Origin: Centroscyllium fabricii
Taxonomy: Eukaryota
Assembly: GCA_051313645.2 (NCBI GenBank)
Contig: JBNRSN020000002.1
Span: forward strand, 41,850,001-41,914,000
Direction: 5' to 3'
Length of the DNA stretch: 64,000 bases
Position numbers and translations under genes: made by a program. Numbering within the stretch: the stretch's first letter is position 1; each line of letters opens with the position of its first letter. The notes under the pieces are model-generated. The model made no database searches and was not told the DNA's origin. It was given only the letters and a program-made list of their open reading frames with translations. This document shows, one piece after another, positions 11,964-23,190 of this stretch.

Positions 11964-12267
11964 TTGTAAGAAGTCACACAACACCAGGTTATAGTCCAAC
12001 AGTTTTATTTGAAATCACAAGCTTTCGGAGCGCTGCTCCTTCCTCAGGTGCATGTACCCGAGGCTGGATTTGAACCCGGGTCTCTAGTGCTGTGAGACAA
12101 CAGTGCTAACCACTGTGCCACCGTGCCGCTCTTCACGGATGTTGCCTGCACCTGAGGAAGGAGCTGCGCTCCGAAAGCTTGTGATTTCAAATAAAACTGT
12201 TGGACTATAACCTGTTGTGTGACTTCTTACAATTGTCCACCCCAGTCCAACACCGGCACCTCCACAT
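11964..12267. mobile_element. Penelope-like 3' insertion with inverted arms and a captured filler
   Basis: Arms 11964-12052 (-) and 12147-12267 (+) match the Penelope 3' end at 23066-23190; 10-bp TSD CATGGTAGAT 11954-11963/12268-12277. Confidence 0.85.
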
Positions 12268-12692
12268 CATGGTAGATGTGGGCAGGCAGCATATGTTTTT
12301 GTGACTGGAAGTCTGTGTCCAGTGGGGTACCGCAGGGATCGGTGCTGGCTCCCTTGCTGTTTGTAGTCTACATTAATGATTTGGATATGAATGTAAAAGG
12401 TATGATCAGTACGTTCGCAGATGACACGAAAATTGGTGGGGTGGTAAATAGCGAGGAGGGAAGCCTCAGTCTGCAGGACGATATAGATGGGTTGGTCAGT
12501 GGCAAATGGAATTTAACCCTGAAAAGTGTGAGGTGATGCATTTTGGAAGGACTAACAAGGCAAGGGAATACACAATGAATGGTAAGACCCTAGGAAAGAC
12601 CGAGGATCAGAGGGATCTTGGTGTGCATGTACATAGATCCCTGAAGGCAGCAGGACAGGTGGATAAGGTGGTTGAAAAAGCATATGGGATAC

Positions 12693-15028
12693 TGATGTAT
12701 CGTCAATTAAAACGCAAAGACGAGTAGTTACCTAAACTACAGGCTTTTATTACCTAACAATGGAGCTGGCCTCCTGATGAGTTCAAAGCGAAGAATGAGT
12801 GGGGGCAGGGCAGCCCTCACCTATATGCTCCGACCTGAGGGGAGGAGTTAGGGGTGTGGCTGACCTGGCCTACAATACAATACCAGATGAGCCATCAACT
12901 ATTTACAGTGGTATTTACACGATTACCACATTCACCCCTTCTTTAAAAACAAGTCCGGCGGGGTGAACGTGCCTTCTGGTAAAAAAATAATTCTAAATGT
13001 CCATTAGCAATTAGCATTGCGTTATTAGTCTCTCCGGCGGTCGCGTCGGCCTGGAGGACCGCCGGGGTGCCGGCAATGGTGGTGCCAGTTGCAGGGCCGG
13101 GATCGAGCTACTGACGGTGAGTGGGGCCAGTGTTCCACCGAAATCCACCATCACGCTCTTCAGGTGACACTGGAAATCCAGTCCCAGTAAGACTGGGGCG
13201 CACAGCTGCTGGAGTACGTACAACTTAAAGTTGCGGTAAATGCGGTCCCTGATCGTGAGCGTGATGCTGCAGTAGCCGGTGGCGTCCACCGTGTGGGACT
13301 TTGAGGCAAGGGAGACTTGGTAGTGCGTGGGCTGGGACTGCAGTGTGTAGCGCCGCACTGTGTCGGGATGTATGAAGCTCTCTGTGCTACCGGTGTCGAA
13401 CAGGCAGCTAGTGGCGTGCCCGTCCACCTTAATCCCCATCATGGAGTTGGACAAGGTTTGCGGCCTAGCCTGATCGACGGTGGCTGAGGCCGAAGTGTAT
13501 GTGTGTGAGTGGGGGCCCTCCGCTATCTGGGGCCCCGGCCGGGGCAGTTGGCAAGATGGCCGCTCAGAAGATGGCGGCGCTGGCGATGCGCACGTGTCCG
13601 GCTGCTGTGGACAAGATGGCGCCGCCCGTGGTTCGCACGCGGCCGACTGCAGTGGACAAGATGGCGGCGCCCGTGGTTCGCACGCGGCCGACCGCTGTGG
13701 ATAAGATGGCGGCGCCCATGGTTCGCACATGGCCGACCGCTGTGGATAAGATGGCGGCGCCCGTGGTTGGCACGCGGCCGACCGCGGTGGACAAGTTGGT
13801 GGCGCCGGGGGTCGCACATGGCCGGTCGCGGTCACGTTTGAAGTGGCAGCGCCTGTGCCGCGCGCGCGGCCGTCCTCCGCCGTACAGTTAAAGGGGATTG
13901 AGGCGCCCACGATTTACCCCCGGCTGACCGCTGCTGGGTCACGCTGCAACACCGTACCTGGAGACATGGAGTGGCATCGCTGTTCACGCAGGCTGCGCTG
14001 TTGGGTCTGGAGGTGGAGGCTGGGCTGGATTTGCACACCTTCGCGTAGTGCCCATTCTTCTCGCACCGCGCGCAGGTCGCATTCTTCGCGGGGCAATGCA
14101 CCTTCGGGTGCTTTCCTTGGCCGCAGAAGTAGCATCTGTGCCCCGCCAGTGTCTTCGCAGTCGCCGCTGCCATCGTGGGGGTCTCGGCCTGTCGCTGTGT
14201 CGCCCAGGGGTCAGGGGTACATTGGGAGCCATGATCTCCGTACGCCTCCAGCTTTCGAAGCGCTCAGTCCACCACATTAGAAAGCGTTACCGCGGACTCA
14301 AGCGACAGTGTGTCCTGCTCCAGCAGCCGCTGGCGGGCCTGGCTGTACCTGAGTCCAGCCACATAGGCATCGCGGATTAGGAGGTTCGCCTCTTCCTCCG
14401 CTGTCCTTGCCTGGCAGTCGCAGGCCCGTGCGAGGGCTTGGAGCGCTAGTAGAAACAGTTCATTTGACTCACCGAGTCGTCTTCTGGTCGCCAGAACATG
14501 CCTGGCATAGACCGAGTGGGCCGGGCGCATGTAGCAGTCCTTTAATTTCGTGGCCGCTTCCTCGTAAGTCTTGAGGCCGCGGATAAAAAGTACACCCGGC
14601 CGCTGATCCGTGATGAGAATACCTGGAGTTTGTCCTCATCACTTGCAGCCTTTACGGCCTTTATGTAGGCCTCGACCAGGCCAAATCAGTGTTCAAAGTC
14701 GTTAGCAGCATCGGGTGCCTGAGGATTTATGTCGAGGCGATCCGGTTTCACTGCGTTATTCTCCATGTTTTAAAATTTAGTTAAGAAAATTGACATATCG
14801 TCAATTAAAACGCAAAGACAAGTATTTACCTAAACTACAGGCTTTTATTAACTAACAATGGAGCTGGTCTCCTGATGAGTTCAAGGCGAAGAATGAGCGG
14901 GGGCAGGGCAGCCCTCACCTATGTGCTCCGACCTGAGGGGAGGAGTTAGGAGTGTGGCTGACCTGGCCTACAATACAATACCAGATGAGCCATCAACTAT
15001 TTACAATGGTATTTACACGATTACCACA
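12693..15028 (-). mobile_element. Gypsy B, internally deleted (gag + protease only)
   Basis: 238-bp LTRs 14791-15028 (5') and 12693-12930 (3'), TSD GATAC, PPT 12931-12944, gag ATG 14766, knuckles CYFCGQGKHPKVHC, LFDTGS; jumps from post-protease to the integrase tail RRSSRPTRPPERL. Confidence 0.95.
13550..13830 (-). repeat. 45-bp minisatellite (SAACEPRAPPSYPQR-like) in gag-PR linker of Gypsy B
   Basis: About 5 units of CTGTGGAYAAGATGGCGGCGCCCGTGGTTCGCACGCGGCCGACCG on the plus strand. Confidence 0.9.
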
Positions 15029-16225
15029 GATACTTGCCTTCATTAGCCGAGGCATAGAATATAAGAGCAGGGAGGTTATGATGGAACTGTTCAAAACGCT
15101 AGTAAGGCCACAGCTGGAGTACTGTGTGCAGTTCTGGTCGCCACACTACAGGAAGGATGTTATTGCTTTGGAGAGGGTGCAGAGGAAATTCACCAGGGTG
15201 TTACCTGGGCTGGAGCGCTTCAGCTATGAAGAAAGATTGGACAGGCTGGGGTTGTTTCCTTGGAGCAGAGAAGGCTGAGGGGGGACCTGATTGAGGTGTA
15301 CAAAATTATGAGGGGCATAGATAGGGTCGATAGAAAGGAACTTTTTCCCTCAGTAGAGGGGATCAATAACAAGGGGGCATAGATTCAAGGGAAGGGGCAG
15401 GAGGTTTAGAGGGGATTTGAGGAAGAACTTTTTCACCCAGAGGGTGGTTGGAATCTGGAACTCACTGCCTGAAAGGGTGGTAGAGGCAGGAACCCTCACA
15501 ACATTCAAGAAGCATTTGGATGAGCACTTGAAATGCCATAACATACAAGGCTACGGACCAAATGCAGGAAAATGGGATTAAAATAGACAGGGCTTGATGG
15601 CCGGTGTGGACACGATAGCCCGAAGGACCTCTTTCTGTGCTGTAAAGCTCTATGACTCTGATGACTCTATATGGATATCGGGAGAGGGGTCACCCTGTAA
15701 AATTTAGTGAGGCCGGTCCTCGACTGTTACTGGCACAGACCCACCCCAAAAAAGAGCCAGCTAATGGTCCAGCCTTGCTAGGAATTAGAACTTGAGTCAC
15801 TGAGGTGAAAGGCCAGTGCCTGTAAGTAGAATTAAAAACACACACAGACTCACCATAACTACAGGTCCGCATCAGAAAGCTTTGCTGAAGATACTTCGAT
15901 GTGAACCTGCATGATACGGCACACTGAAATAATTAAAACAACACAAAATACGCTATCCAGCGTGTCCCAACTTTTGTGCTCAGATGAGTTTCATAGATTC
16001 GTGTCATAGAGGACACATATGAAGGATGAACCTGTATTCCTATCAATTTGCATATATCTCAAGCTGCTGACACAAACCGATCTTATCGTTTCATAGAACC
16101 ATAGAAAGATGCAGCACAGAAACATAGAAACATAGAAGATAGGAGCATGAGTAGGCCATTCGGCCCTTCGAGCCTGCTCCGCCATTCAATGAGATCATGG
16201 CTGATCATCCAAACAGAGTACCCTG

Positions 16226-18965
16226 TGTGGTAAACCTGTGTTATACCACTGTCATGGTACCGTAATGTACCTGTAACTACCTTGCTGTTAACACTGTACA
16301 TATCTGTAAATATGCTGAAGGTCGACCCCCCCCTCACTGTTCGCCAATCTCAGCCCCAACTGCAAACCCATTGCGACCAAGAGTCGGCGATGCAGTGCGG
16401 GGGACCGGGCGTTTATCAGGACGGAGGTCGAGCGCCTGTTAGGGGAGGGGATCATCGAGGCCAGTACCAGCCCTTGGAGAGCCCAAGTCATGGTGATTAA
16501 GTCGGGTGAAAAACTGCGCATGGTCATAGACTATAGCCAGACCATTAACCGCTACACTGGGCTCGACGCGTACCCACTTCCCTGCATCACGGACATGGTC
16601 AATCAGATCGGCCAGTACAAGGTCTTCTCCACCATTGACCTTAAGTCGGCATACCACCAGCTACCCATCCGGGCTGCGGATCACCGGTACACCGCCTTCG
16701 AGGCGAATGGGCGACTCGACCACTTCCTCTGGGTTCCCTTCGGTGTTACCAACGGAGTGTCAGGCTTCCAGTGGGAGATGGACCGAATGGTTGACCAGAA
16801 TAAGTTGCAGGCCACCTTCCCCTATTTAGACAATGTCACTGATGTAATAATGGAGTCTGATACATCAATAACTTAATCCACTACATTATCACTATGTACA
16901 AAGATGGGTTTTACCATGCTTCCAGGTGAAGCGTTCCCCCATACTGAGCAGTTCCAGTATTTATACTAACAGAAAACAGGAAGTGACATGTACAGAGTTC
17001 ACCCCTTAGCCTTCCCCTGGAAGTCTGTTCAATATTACCACAGTCACCATCTGCGGCCATGATCAGCAGGACCATGATGCCAACCTTGCCAAATTCCGCC
17101 GCACGGCCCGGCGTCTGAACCTCACGTACAATGAGGACAAATGTACCTTTAGTACTAACCGTCTCGCCATCCTCGGTTACGTGGTAGGAAACGGGGTCCT
17201 TGGCCCCGATCCCCAACGTATGCGCCCCCTGCAGGAGCTGCCCCAACCCCACAATCTCAAAGCCTTGAAAAGATGCCTGGGGTTTTTCTCCTATTACGCT
17301 CATTGGGTGCCCCAGTACGCGGATAAGGCCCGGGCTCTCCTCAAGGCTGCCGTCTTCCCACTCCTGGTAGAAGCCCAAGCGGCCTTCATCTGGATTAAGG
17401 AAGATATCATCAAGGCTACCATGCACGCCGTTGATGAGTCCATTCCCTTCCAGGTCGAGAGCGACACAGTGCCCAGCTCAACAGGCTGCAGGCCATCCAT
17501 GATAGCCTCCGAAACCCGGGAGTCACCAGACTCGCACACTTTGTCAAGTGCCGCAACCTCCCCTACTCCATTACGGAGATCAAGGCCATGACCAAAGAGT
17601 GCCCTGTCTGTGCTGAGTACAAACCCCAATTTTACAGGCCAGACAAGGCACACCTCATCAAGGCCACCAGCCCCTTCGAGCACCTGAGCGTGGACTTCAA
17701 AGCTCCCCTCCCTTCCACTGACCGCAACTCGTACTTCCTCACGGTCATTGATGAGTTCTCCCGCTTCCCCTTTGCCTTCCCCTGCCCATACATGACGAGC
17801 ACGATGGTGATCAAACACTTCACCACACTCTTCGCGATCTACGGCCTCCCCAGTTACATCCACAGCGACCGGGGGTCGTCGTTCATAAGCGACGAACTGC
17901 GTCAGTTTCTGCTCCAGCAGATGATTGCCTCGAGCAGAACCACCAGTTACAACCCCTGGGGGAATGGCCAGGTAGAGAGAGAGAATGGGACGATCTGGAA
18001 GGCGGTCATCCTGGCCCTTAAATCGAGGGGCCTTCCAGTCTCCCATTGGCAAGAGGGCCTCCCCATGGTGCTACACTCCATTCGTTCTCTCCTGTGCACC
18101 ACAACTAACGCCACACCTCATGAACGATTGTTTTCATTCCCCAGGAGATCGACTTCGGGGACAGTGCTCCCGCCGTGGCTGACCACCCCGGGGCCAGTTT
18201 TACTCGGAAACACGTCCGCGGCCACAAGACGGACCCCCTGGTGGAACGGGTGCAGCTGCTCCATGCCAACCCGCAGTACGCATATGTGGCATACCCGGAT
18301 GGGCGTGAGGACACGGTCTCGATAAGGGACCTGGTGCCTGCCGGGATCACGGACACCGAACCCCCGGCCGAGCCCCAGCTCTGCCAACCGGCACTCACTG
18401 GCCTATGGCCTATACAAACACAACACACACTGGGGCCCTCAACGCCTATACACACACGACACACCGGGGCCCTCGACATCGTCAGCTGACGACTGGGGGA
18501 CTGACACCACGCCGCCAGCACCCGTGGCTGACAACACACCACCGACTCCGCTGCCGGAACCATCGAAACCAGCACCCCATCGGTCCCTCCGACAGGCGAA
18601 ACCACCGGAGAGACTGATCACGAAATGTTGACGGCAGACACTGACATGCATTCACCCCGCCGGACTCATTCTACAGAAGGGGTGAATATGGTAAACCTGT
18701 GTTATACCACTGTCATGGTAGCATAATGTACCTGTAACTCCCTTGCTGTTAACGCTGTACATATCTGTAAATACCTGATTGCAGGAGCCTGCCTCGACTG
18801 ACCCCGCCTCTGACTCCTCCTCTGGGTCTAGGTATATAGGTGGCTGCTTACCATCCCCCGGTCAGTACTGCCCTGAGCTCAGCCGAGACATGCTCCATTC
18901 TTTAGTGAATAAAAGCCTTTAGTTAAGGTAACTCTTCGTCTTTTAGTCTTATTGACGATACGTCA
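16226..18965 (+). mobile_element. Gypsy D, multiply deleted
   Basis: TSD CCCTG; 5' LTR remnant 16226-16312 joined directly to pre-RT sequence (LKVDPP); RT and integrase with frameshifts; most of RNase H deleted near 17466; 3' LTR 18687-18965 after PPT. Confidence 0.93.
16840..17042 (-). mobile_element. 203-bp solo LTR inserted just after the YLDN motif of Gypsy D
   Basis: TSD GTCAC 16835-16839/17043-17047; minus strand TGTGGTAAT..ATTACATCA with TATAAATA. Confidence 0.85.
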
Positions 18966-19116
18966 CCCTGTCCCTGCCTTGTCCCCATATCCCTCGATCC
19001 CTATCGAGCCTGCACCGACACATATCCCACCCTATCCCCGTAACCCCACACATTCAATCCCCCTAACACTAAGGGTCAATTTATCATGGCCAATCAACCT
19101 AACCCGCACATCTTTG

Positions 19117-19435
19117 GACAAGGAGGCCATTCGGCCCATCGTGCCTGTGAAAGTGCTCCCTGAAAGTACTATTCAATTAATCCCACTCCTCCGCTCTTTC
19201 CCAATAGCCCTACATTTTTTCCCTTCATGTATTTATCCAATTCCCTTTTGAAAGTTACTATTGAATCTGCTTCCACCCTTTCAGGCAGAGCATTCCAGAT
19301 CACAACAACTCGCTGTGCAAAAAATGTTTCCTCATGTCGCATCTGGCTCTTATGCCTGTCACCTTAAATCTGTGTCCTCCGGTTACTCACCCTTCTGCCA
19401 CTGGAAACAGTTTGCCTTATTTACTCTATCAATGA
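19117..19435 (-). mobile_element. CR1 3' fragment
   Basis: Similarity to CR1 3' end (RGHRFKV, VVIWNALP). Confidence 0.7.
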
Positions 19436-19773
19436 GGGCTCAATTTTAAAAGCAATCCTTTCCAAGCCTCTCAACCCACAAAGTTCAAAGAACAAAGCAT
19501 TAAACGAGAGAAAAGGGGACTGAGTTACGTTAGCTTAGAGGGGTAGATTGCCAAGGCTCAGGGGCCCGCACGCTCATCATCCCTGCTGTAATCACTTCAT
19601 GATCTCATTTAATTTAATCACTTAATAATTTGCAGGGCTATGGGGAAGGAGCAGGAGAGTGGGTCTAATTGGATCGATCTTTCAGAGAGTCGGCACGGGC
19701 ACGATGGGCCGAATGGCCTCCTTCTGTGCTGTATGATTCTATCTTTCTTACCCCTCTGGCAACAGGACCTATT

Positions 19774-20517
19774 GGGGGAAAAATTGAGTTGCTTGCGCCT
19801 CCCGTTAGCGCCCTAAGAGGGCTGCTAATGGGGCGCAAGCCTGGGCTGGTGCCTCCCGCGATATTCAGTGGGGCGCTGGCGGGGGCGGTAACCGGTAGCA
19901 CCATGCCGCCGGCGATGACGTCATCACCGTGCGCAGTGCCCCGCTCGCGCCCCAGCCGCAAACTTCAGTCGCGCCCGCTGCCGTACCGCCTGACACTATC
20001 ACCGACAGCGTCAGGGGGGCGTACTTGCAGCGGGGAGAGCGATATTTAAAGGGAGGGGTGCCGGGCGGCCATTTTTATTGCTGGCCGACTGCCAGCGCCT
20101 GCCCCCTCTGCCGTCCCCGGCCGTCTCCGATACCCCCCCCCCCCCCCCGCGCGGAGTGCTGGCTGTGCTCCGTGAGCCCGGCACTTCCCTCGAGCGCCGG
20201 GCTCCTTTGGCGGCATTGCGATCCCCGGCGGCCCAACGGGGCTCCGGCCCGAGCCGCGCTAGGCCACTCCCTTTTAATCAGGGGAGGAAGGCCTGCAGTA
20301 CCGCGGCGCGGCACTCTGCAGAGCGTGGCGCAGCGACCCACAGCGGCCGAAATTCAGTGGTAGCGCCTAAAGAACGAGGTGGGGCGCCTGCAGTAGCGCC
20401 CCACCTCCTGCTTGGGGTGCTAAAACCCAATTCCCGGAGGAGCGGCACGAGCGTTATCTGGGCGCTAAAAGTAGCGCACCGCCGAGGTTAATGGGGCGCT
20501 ACCGAATTTTTCCCTTC
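19774..20517. mobile_element. GC-rich non-autonomous DNA transposon (MITE-like)
   Basis: Imperfect TIR GGGGGAAAAATT..AATTTTTCCCTTCC, subterminal TAGCGCC motifs; related partial copy from 57769. Confidence 0.6.
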
Positions 20518-20984
20518 CAGAGATTCATCGCTATTCTTCCAATGTGTAATCCGGTGTGAGTAAAATGTGTCTTCATCTCAGGGCAGCTATTCTCCTTTTA
20601 AATGTTGCCAGGTTTTGTGACCGGGTAGACCAGACTCCCTGCCCATATTGTCCATGTGCAAATAAAGGGGCAGTGCTTATCTCGAAAAATTGCAGCACAC
20701 TGGAGGCGTGGGTGCACAGCCCCAATTTTCCAAGTATAGCAACACCCCGGGCTGTGGAATAATACAAGACGTAATTTTTCTCCTTTTATTTTTCTCCTAT
20801 CACTGATTCCCACTAGAGGACACCAAAACACTTCTTAAAGTGATCAGTCAGTTCAGTGTGGCACATGCACAGTCACTGGCTTTCATGTGCGGTCAGGAGT
20901 TTCCTGCTTGCAAGTCAAATCTACTTCATAGCCCCGATTTTGCAAGTGCATTGAAACCAGGGCTGCGCTGAACCGTGGCGTTGC

Positions 20985-21845
20985 ACGTGTCAGCTGTGTT
21001 TCAGTTGGTAGCGCTCTTGCCTCTGAGTCTAGAGGTTGGCGGGTTCATAGTCCCACTGCAGGAGACTGGAGCACAAAAATCTAGGCTGACACTCCAGTGC
21101 AGTGCTGAGGGCGTGCTGCACTGTCAGAGGTGCCATCTTTCGGATGAGACGTTAAACCGAGCCCCCGTCTGCCCTCTCAGGTGGACGTAAAAGACCCCAA
21201 GGCACTATCTTGAAGAAGTGCAGGGGGAGTTATCCCCAGTGTTCTGGCCAATATTTATCCCTCAATCAACATCACTAAAAAAACAGATTTTCTGGTCATT
21301 CTTCTCCTTCTTAGACAGTCTCTTGGAAACGAGGATGACTTGCTTCCACGCTAAAAATGAGTTCTCAGGTGACTGATGAGTCCAATGGGGAACCTACAAT
21401 CTCTGTCGCAGGTGGGGCAGATGGTGGTTGAAGGGGTGCTTGGATTGATGTGCGCGGCTTCCGCTTGCTCTCAGCGAAGAGACTCGAGGTGTTCGGCGCC
21501 TTCCCGGATGCTTCTCGGGCCAGGGATTCCCAGGTGTTGGTGGGGATGTTGCACTTTTTCAAGGCGACGAGGACTTGGACAACATGGATCACTTTCCATA
21601 CCTAAGGAGCCTACTTGTCAACAAGGGCAGACGTATCTGGTCATTATCACATTGCTGTTTGTGGGAGCTTGCTGTGTGCAAATTGGCAGCCATATTTCCT
21701 ATATTACAACAGATTACACTTCAAAAGTACTTAATTGGCTGTAAAGCACTTTGGGACATCCAGTGGTCATGAAAGGCACTGTATAAATGCAGCATCTGCA
21801 GTATTTTGCTATCGTACTGTATAAATGCAAGTCTTTATTTTTTGT
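20985..21845 (+). mobile_element. Deu-domain SINE (SacSINE1/AmnSINE1-like) interrupted by RTE
   Basis: Deu core GGTGCCATCTTTCGGATGAGACGTTAAACCGAG..CTCTCAGGTGGACGTAAAAGA; L2-type tail ATAAATGCAAGTCTTT. Confidence 0.8.
21301..21635. mobile_element. RTE-clade LINE fragment with 5' inversion
   Basis: TSD TCTGGTCATT 21291-21300/21636-21645; 3' end on minus strand, RT piece LDNMDHFPYLRSLL on plus strand. Confidence 0.7.
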
Positions 21846-21983
21846 TGCAGGCTGGTCTGCACCAGCAACAGTCGAGAAGCAGCCTCACTAAATTTTACAA
21901 GGACGATTTCTGTATGCTCCCTGCATGCATCTCCTGAACTTTGGGAGGCTGGCCAGTAACGCAATTGGCTGGTGGTTTGACAC

Positions 21984-23190
21984 CTACAGACACTGAAAGA
22001 CGCCCTCGTAAAAACGGGATATGACACTCGACTCATCGATCGACAATTCCGACGGGCCACAACGAAAAATCGCATAGGCCTCCTCAGAAGACGAACACGG
22101 GACACAACCAACAGAGTACCCTTTGTTGTCCAGTACTTACCCGGAGCGGAGAAACTACGCCATGTTCTTCGCAGCCTTCAACAGGTCATCGATGACGACG
22201 AACACCTCACTAAGGCCATCCGCACGCCTCCACTACTCGCCTTCAAACAGCCGCCTAACCTCAGACCATCGTTCGCAGAAATTTACCCAGCTTTCAGGAG
22301 AACAGCAACCACGACACCACACAAACCCTGCCACTGCAACCTCTGCAAGACGTGCCAAATCATCAGCACAGATACCATCATCACACGTGAGGACACCACA
22401 CACCAGGTACATGGCACATACTCATGTGACTCGACCAACGTTGTCTACCTCATACGTTGCAGGAAAGGATGCCCCGGAGCATGGTACATCGGCAAGACCA
22501 TGCAGACACTACGACAAAGGATGAACGGGCACCGCACAACAATCGCCAGGCAGGAGTGTTCCCTCCCAGTCAGGGAACACTTCAGCAGACAAGGGCATTC
22601 AGCCTCCAATCTTCGGGTGAGCATTCTCCAAGGCAGCCTTCGAGACACACGACAACACAAAATCGTCGAGCAAAGGCTGATAGCCAAGTTCTGCACTCAT
22701 GAGGACGGCCTCAACCGTGATATTGGCTTCATGTCGTGCTACATGTGACCCCGCCTGATGTAGAGTCATCTGGACTCGAGTCGTCTTTGTCTTGTTCTCT
22801 CTACACTGATGCTGCTGTGATCTCCAGTAAGAAAAATCTTTTTTTTTAAATCATTCTGCGGGTTTTCACACAGACACCAGACTGCAACATTTGACCCTTT
22901 GTGACTACACCTCATTGATCTCCGGCTGGTACCTGATTGATATGTTAAAATATGTTAAAACACCTTTGTTTGCTTTGTATGTCTCTCTGCTGAGGTGTGA
23001 TGTTGGAAAGATTACACTGGTCTCTACCTCCTATATATGCTGTGTTTAAATGAATCTCTCTTAAACACCTGAGGAAGGAGCTACGCTCCGAAAGCTTGTG
23101 GGTTCAAATAAAACTGTTGGACTATAACCTGGTGTTGTGTGACTTCTTGCATTTGTCCACCCCAGTCCAACACCGGCACCTCTACATCAT
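21984..23190 (+). mobile_element. Penelope-like element 3' part with GIY-YIG endonuclease remnant
   Basis: NVVYLIRCRKGCPGAWYIGKTMQTLRQRMNGHR..EHFS..H..GLN motif, upstream CCHH-type linker, 3' pLTR with hammerhead motif. Confidence 0.9.
23066..23100 (+). ncRNA. Minimal type I hammerhead ribozyme motif (Penelope-associated)
   Basis: CAC-CTGAGGA-A-GGAGC TAC GCTCC-GAAA-GCTT-GTG; further copies 12016-12050 (-), 12149-12183, 27022-27056, 54176-54210. Confidence 0.7.

Larger units (their letters stand above)
12290..15670 (+). mobile_element. CR1 LINE fragment split by Gypsy B (12290-12692 and 15034-15670)
   Basis: [12 protein letters not shown]; AYGI|LAFISRG rejoins across the insertion; (CTCTATGA)n-like tail. 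Confidence 0.9.
16118..19116 (-). mobile_element. HE1-like SINE 3' part split by Gypsy D (16118-16225 and 18971-19116)
   Basis: SINE sequence GTACCCTG|TCCCTGCC continues across the insertion. Confidence 0.85.

Noticed and set aside
13480-13891. Several overlapping repetitive ORFs; CRISPR-like appearance
   Set aside because: Products of a GC-rich 45-bp minisatellite with no unique spacers, in a vertebrate context
19774-20517. CpG-island host promoter
   Set aside because: Bounded by imperfect TIRs and related to 57769-58310; better explained as a MITE
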